Positions 14,310 to 17,793 of a stretch of 17,793 nucleotides of DNA are shown here, in pieces (positions within the stretch are counted from its first letter, which is position 1; each line of letters begins with the position of its first letter). The DNA is from Verrucomicrobiota bacterium. Lineage in GTDB: Bacteria; Verrucomicrobiota; Verrucomicrobiia; Limisphaerales; JADLHS01. The notes beneath the pieces are model-generated. The model was given only the letters and a program-made list of their open reading frames with translations, made no database searches and was not told the DNA's origin. The translations under genes were made by a program, and so were the position numbers. The stretch spans positions 1 through 17,793 of the forward strand of contig JALOTT010000121.1 of NCBI GenBank assembly GCA_025457745.1, read 5' to 3'.

Positions 14310-14516
14310 ATGAAAGATCGCGTCTATAAACACATCGAACTCACCGGCACGTCCACGACCAGCATTGAGGACGCCGTGAATACGGCGCTCAAACGTGCGG
14401 GCAAAACCATCAAGAATCTGCGCTGGTTTCAAATCGTCGAAACGCGCGGCGACATTGACAAGAACCGCGTCGCCCACTGGCAGGTCACTTTGAAAGTCGG
14501 ATTCACCGTCGAATGA
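14310..14516 (+). CDS. Dodecin (small flavin-binding/storage protein)
   Basis: This 68-aa protein reads [68 protein letters not shown]. It matches the dodecin consensus (V/YK.IE..GTS......A...A...A..T...L.WFEV...RG....G.V..YQV...VGF.LE), including the flavin-stacking Trp. Confidence 0.85.
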   Translation: MKDRVYKHIELTGTSTTSIEDAVNTALKRAGKTIKNLRWFQIVETRGDIDKNRVAHWQVTLKVGFTVE

Positions 14517-14526
14517 AAGGAACGCC

Positions 14527-14814
14527 ATGAACCAGCCGCAACCGTCCCGCGAAACCATCGCCGAACGCGCCTATCATCTATGGGAACAGGCGGGCAAACC
14601 TTCCGGACGCGATGAAGAATTCTGGCTGCGCGCGGAGGCGGAATTGTCTGCGCCCGCGAGCGCAGTCGGTGTGCCACCCGTGATTGCACCCCCGGCCGCG
14701 CTTTTGCCAACGCCGCCGGTATTGCCGGTTCACCAGGTCCCGCCGCTTATCAAGGCCACCGTCAAATCGCCGGACCTCCGACCGCCGCCCCGCCGCCGGC
14801 CGAAACGCGCTTGA
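14527..14814 (+). CDS. DUF2934-domain protein with proline-rich C-terminal tail
   Basis: The N-terminal ETIAERAYHLWEQAGKPSGRDEEFWLRAEAEL matches the DUF2934 signature (I..RAY.LWE..G.P.G.D...W..AE.EL). The remainder is Pro-rich and low-complexity (PPVIAPPAALLPTPPVLPVHQVPP...RPPPRRRPKRA). Confidence 0.65.
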   Translation: MNQPQPSRETIAERAYHLWEQAGKPSGRDEEFWLRAEAELSAPASAVGVPPVIAPPAALLPTPPVLPVHQVPPLIKATVKSPDLRPPPRRRPKRA

Positions 14815-14862
14815 CCCTTCAACACGCCCAGGAAAAGAACGCGACACAGAAAGGAGTTTGTT

Positions 14863-15369
14863 ATGCGAAAATTCATCAATGGATTGATTGTCGGATTGAT
14901 CTTGGGCGTGGGCGGCTACTGGTTTTTCAGCCGGGCCAACCAGCCCCGCGCCGTTCAGCAAGCGCAACAGCGGTTGCGAGCAGTGGCCGCTGACACTCTC
15001 GCGAGCGCGGGACAGACCGCCGCTCAATTGGAGGAGATGCTCAAACCCAAGCTGGAAGCACTGGAATTGCAGGCCAGCACGGTCAAAGAGGAACTCGAAC
15101 AGACAGGCAAAGTGGTTCGCCGAAAGGCGCGCGACGCCGGCGCAGTTGTCGCCGATGCCGCCGCCGAGGCGCAGATCACGGCTGTCATCAAGGCCAAGTT
15201 GGCCGCCGACTCGGAACTCTCCGCTTGGAACATCGCGGTCAACACGACCGGTAGCGTGGTAACGCTTTCCGGGACGGTGTCGTCAGCGGATTTGATTGGC
15301 CGCGCCGTGCTGCTTGCGCTCGAAACCAAGGGTGTGACGCAAGTCGTTTCCACCTTGCAGGTCAAATGA
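14863..15369 (+). CDS. BON-domain protein (OsmY-like) with N-terminal membrane anchor
   Basis: RBS aaaggag precedes ATG 14863. The N-terminal TM is FINGLIVGLILGVGGYWFF. The C-terminal BON domain is ITAVIKAKLAADSELSAWNIAVNTTGSVVTLSGTVSSADLIGRAVLLALETKGVTQVVSTLQV. Confidence 0.8.
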   Translation: MRKFINGLIVGLILGVGGYWFFSRANQPRAVQQAQQRLRAVAADTLASAGQTAAQLEEMLKPKLEALELQASTVKEELEQTGKVVRRKARDAGAVVADAAAEAQITAVIKAKLAADSELSAWNIAVNTTGSVVTLSGTVSSADLIGRAVLLALETKGVTQVVSTLQVK

Positions 15370-15456
15370 TTGCATGAGCGGTTTTCCGACGTGACGAGCG
15401 AAGATAACGAACGCAAAGAACACTGCCGATCCAGCATTAGAAAACAGCCATTAGTC

Positions 15457-15672
15457 ATGAAAGAATTCACATTCAATTGTCCCACCTGTGGCCAGCCCAT
15501 TTTCGCGAAGCAAGACTGGGCCGGGCGCCGTATGAACTGTCCATCCTGCAGTAATCGCATAACCATTCCCGCCTCAGCAAGGGCGTCGAAGAAGAAAGCG
15601 CGGATCACGTCCATCAAAAAGACTGGTCTGAAGCCTCCTGGCGGCACAAAGCGTCTTCTGGGTTTCCCTTGA
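15457..15672 (+). CDS. Small zinc-ribbon protein (CPxCG...CPxC) with basic C-terminal tail
   Basis: It reads MKEFTFNCPTCGQPIFAKQDWAGRRMNCPSCSNRITIPASARASKKKARITSIKK... and contains two CxxC pairs 17 residues apart. The start is taken at internal ATG 15457 of the 15370-15672 ORF, because the upstream 29 codons directly abut the BON-gene stop and lack signal. Moderate confidence that it is expressed. Confidence 0.5.
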   Translation: MKEFTFNCPTCGQPIFAKQDWAGRRMNCPSCSNRITIPASARASKKKARITSIKKTGLKPPGGTKRLLGFP

Positions 15673-15719
15673 GAACACCGGGGCCCAACCGGCCAGCAAA
15701 AGTTTAATTGCTTTGAATT

Positions 15720-16742
15720 ATGAAAACACAAGAAATGGAAACGACCGCCCAGGCGCTCGTGGCGCCGGGAAAAGGCATTCTGGCAGCGGACGAAAGTTCG
15801 CCAACCATCGAGAAACGGTTCAAAACCATTCAGGTCGAGTCAACTGAAGAGAACCGGCGCGATTACCGGGCGGCGTTGTTTTCGACGCCCGGTCTGGGCG
15901 AGTTCATCAGCGGCGTCATTCTGTTTGACGAAACCATCCGGCAGAAGGCCGGTGATGGCACGCCGCTGGTGAAACTGCTCCGGCGGCAAGGCATCATTCC
16001 CGGCATCAAAGTGGACAAGGGTGCTAAGGCGCTGGCGCAGTTTCCCGGCGAAAAGATTACTGAAGGTCTTGATGGTTTGCGCGACCGTCTGGCGGAATAC
16101 GTCCAACTCGGCGCGCAGTTCACCAAGTGGCGCGCAGTCATCACCATCGGCGAGAACATTCCGACGCTGACGTGTCTGCAAGCCAATGCCCACGCGCTGG
16201 CCCGCTTCGCCGCTTTGAGCCAGGAGGCGGGACTCGTCCCCATCGTCGAACCTGAAGTGCTCATGGACGGCGACCACACCCTCGCCCGCTGTGCGGAGGT
16301 CACGGCCGCCGCACTGGAGGCTTTGTTCACGGCCCTGTTTGAGCATCGGGTCACATTTGAAGCCATGCTGCTCAAGCCGAACATGATTGTGTCGGGAAAG
16401 GCCTGTTCGCAACCGGCCGGCCCGGCGGAAGTGGCCGAAGCGACCCTGCGATGCTTTCGCCGCGTGGTGCCCGCAACCGTGCCCGGCTGCGTCTTTCTCT
16501 CCGGTGGCCAGAGCGATGTGGAAGCTACACGCAATCTCGACGCTCTCAACCAGCAGGCCAGCGCGCCCTGGCAACTAAGCTTTTCTTTTGGCCGTGCGCT
16601 GCAAGCGCCCGCGCTGAAAGCCTGGGCCGGCAAACCGGAGAATGTCAAGGCAGCGCAGCACGTGCTCCTTCATCGTGCCCGTTGCAACGGCGCGGCGCGC
16701 TTCGGCAAGTATTCCGCCGAGTTGGAAACACGCACGACTTAG
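15720..16742 (+). CDS. fba: Fructose-bisphosphate aldolase, class I
   Basis: It matches the class I FBA signatures along its full length: GKGILAADESSPTIEKRF, ENRRDYRAALFSTPGL, ISGVILFDETIRQKA, GIIPGIKVDKG, the Schiff-base region LEAMLLKPNMIVSG, and the C-terminal FSFGRALQ. Alternative start at ATG 15735. Confidence 0.9.
   Translation: MKTQEMETTAQALVAPGKGILAADESSPTIEKRFKTIQVESTEENRRDYRAALFSTPGLGEFISGVILFDETIRQKAGDGTPLVKLLRRQGIIPGIKVDKGAKALAQFPGEKITEGLDGLRDRLAEYVQLGAQFTKWRAVITIGENIPTLTCLQANAHALARFAALSQEAGLVPIVEPEVLMDGDHTLARCAEVTAAALEALFTALFEHRVTFEAMLLKPNMIVSGKACSQPAGPAEVAEATLRCFRRVVPATVPGCVFLSGGQSDVEATRNLDALNQQASAPWQLSFSFGRALQAPALKAWAGKPENVKAAQHVLLHRARCNGAARFGKYSAELETRTT

Positions 16743-17793
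<1,051 letters not shown>

Noticed and set aside
15024-16648. Minus-strand ORFs (15024-15731, 15840-16574, 15863-16648) antisense to BON/Zn-ribbon/fba genes
   Set aside because: All overlap strongly supported + strand genes, and the translations are low-complexity. No independent signal supports them.

Overview
This is a 17.8 kb, high-GC, densely packed locus in which essentially every credible gene is on the + strand (256 to the right end). Many junctions overlap by 1-14 nt (ATGA/GTGA type), indicating several operons. I see no rRNA/tRNA, CRISPR array, transposase or integrase.

Gene content, left to right:
- A CBS-domain site-2 (M50) metalloprotease.
- A cytoplasmic PAS-PAS/HisKA_3 sensor kinase translationally coupled to a NarL-type response regulator, followed by a truncated paralogous pseudo-receiver whose phospho-acceptor Asp is replaced by Glu.
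- A thioredoxin-fold protein whose CGPC active site is SDPC.
- An ElaB/YqjD (DUF883)-YqjE-YqjK-like membrane stress triad.
- A standalone CBM48/AMPK-beta-type glycogen-binding domain protein, then a divergent stand-alone PII-like protein.
- A five-gene operon of three tandemly duplicated UspA paralogs, a chimeric DUF883-SPFH (stomatin) protein and a fourth Usp carrying a glycine-zipper segment.
- A small membrane protein.
- A beta-CASP metallo-beta-lactamase RNase coupled to a class-I FAD pyridine-nucleotide-disulfide oxidoreductase, followed by dodecin.
- DUF2934, BON-domain and zinc-ribbon small proteins.
- Class I fructose-bisphosphate aldolase.
- The 5' part of an F/N-type ATPase beta subunit gene that is not preceded by atpG.

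Taken together this reads as a two-component-system-headed stress/dormancy (DosR-regulon-like) island. The most novel-looking element is the Usp-Usp-Usp-(ElaB::stomatin)-Usp operon, with evidence of recent paralogous recombination. All calls are from reading the translations; no database search was possible.
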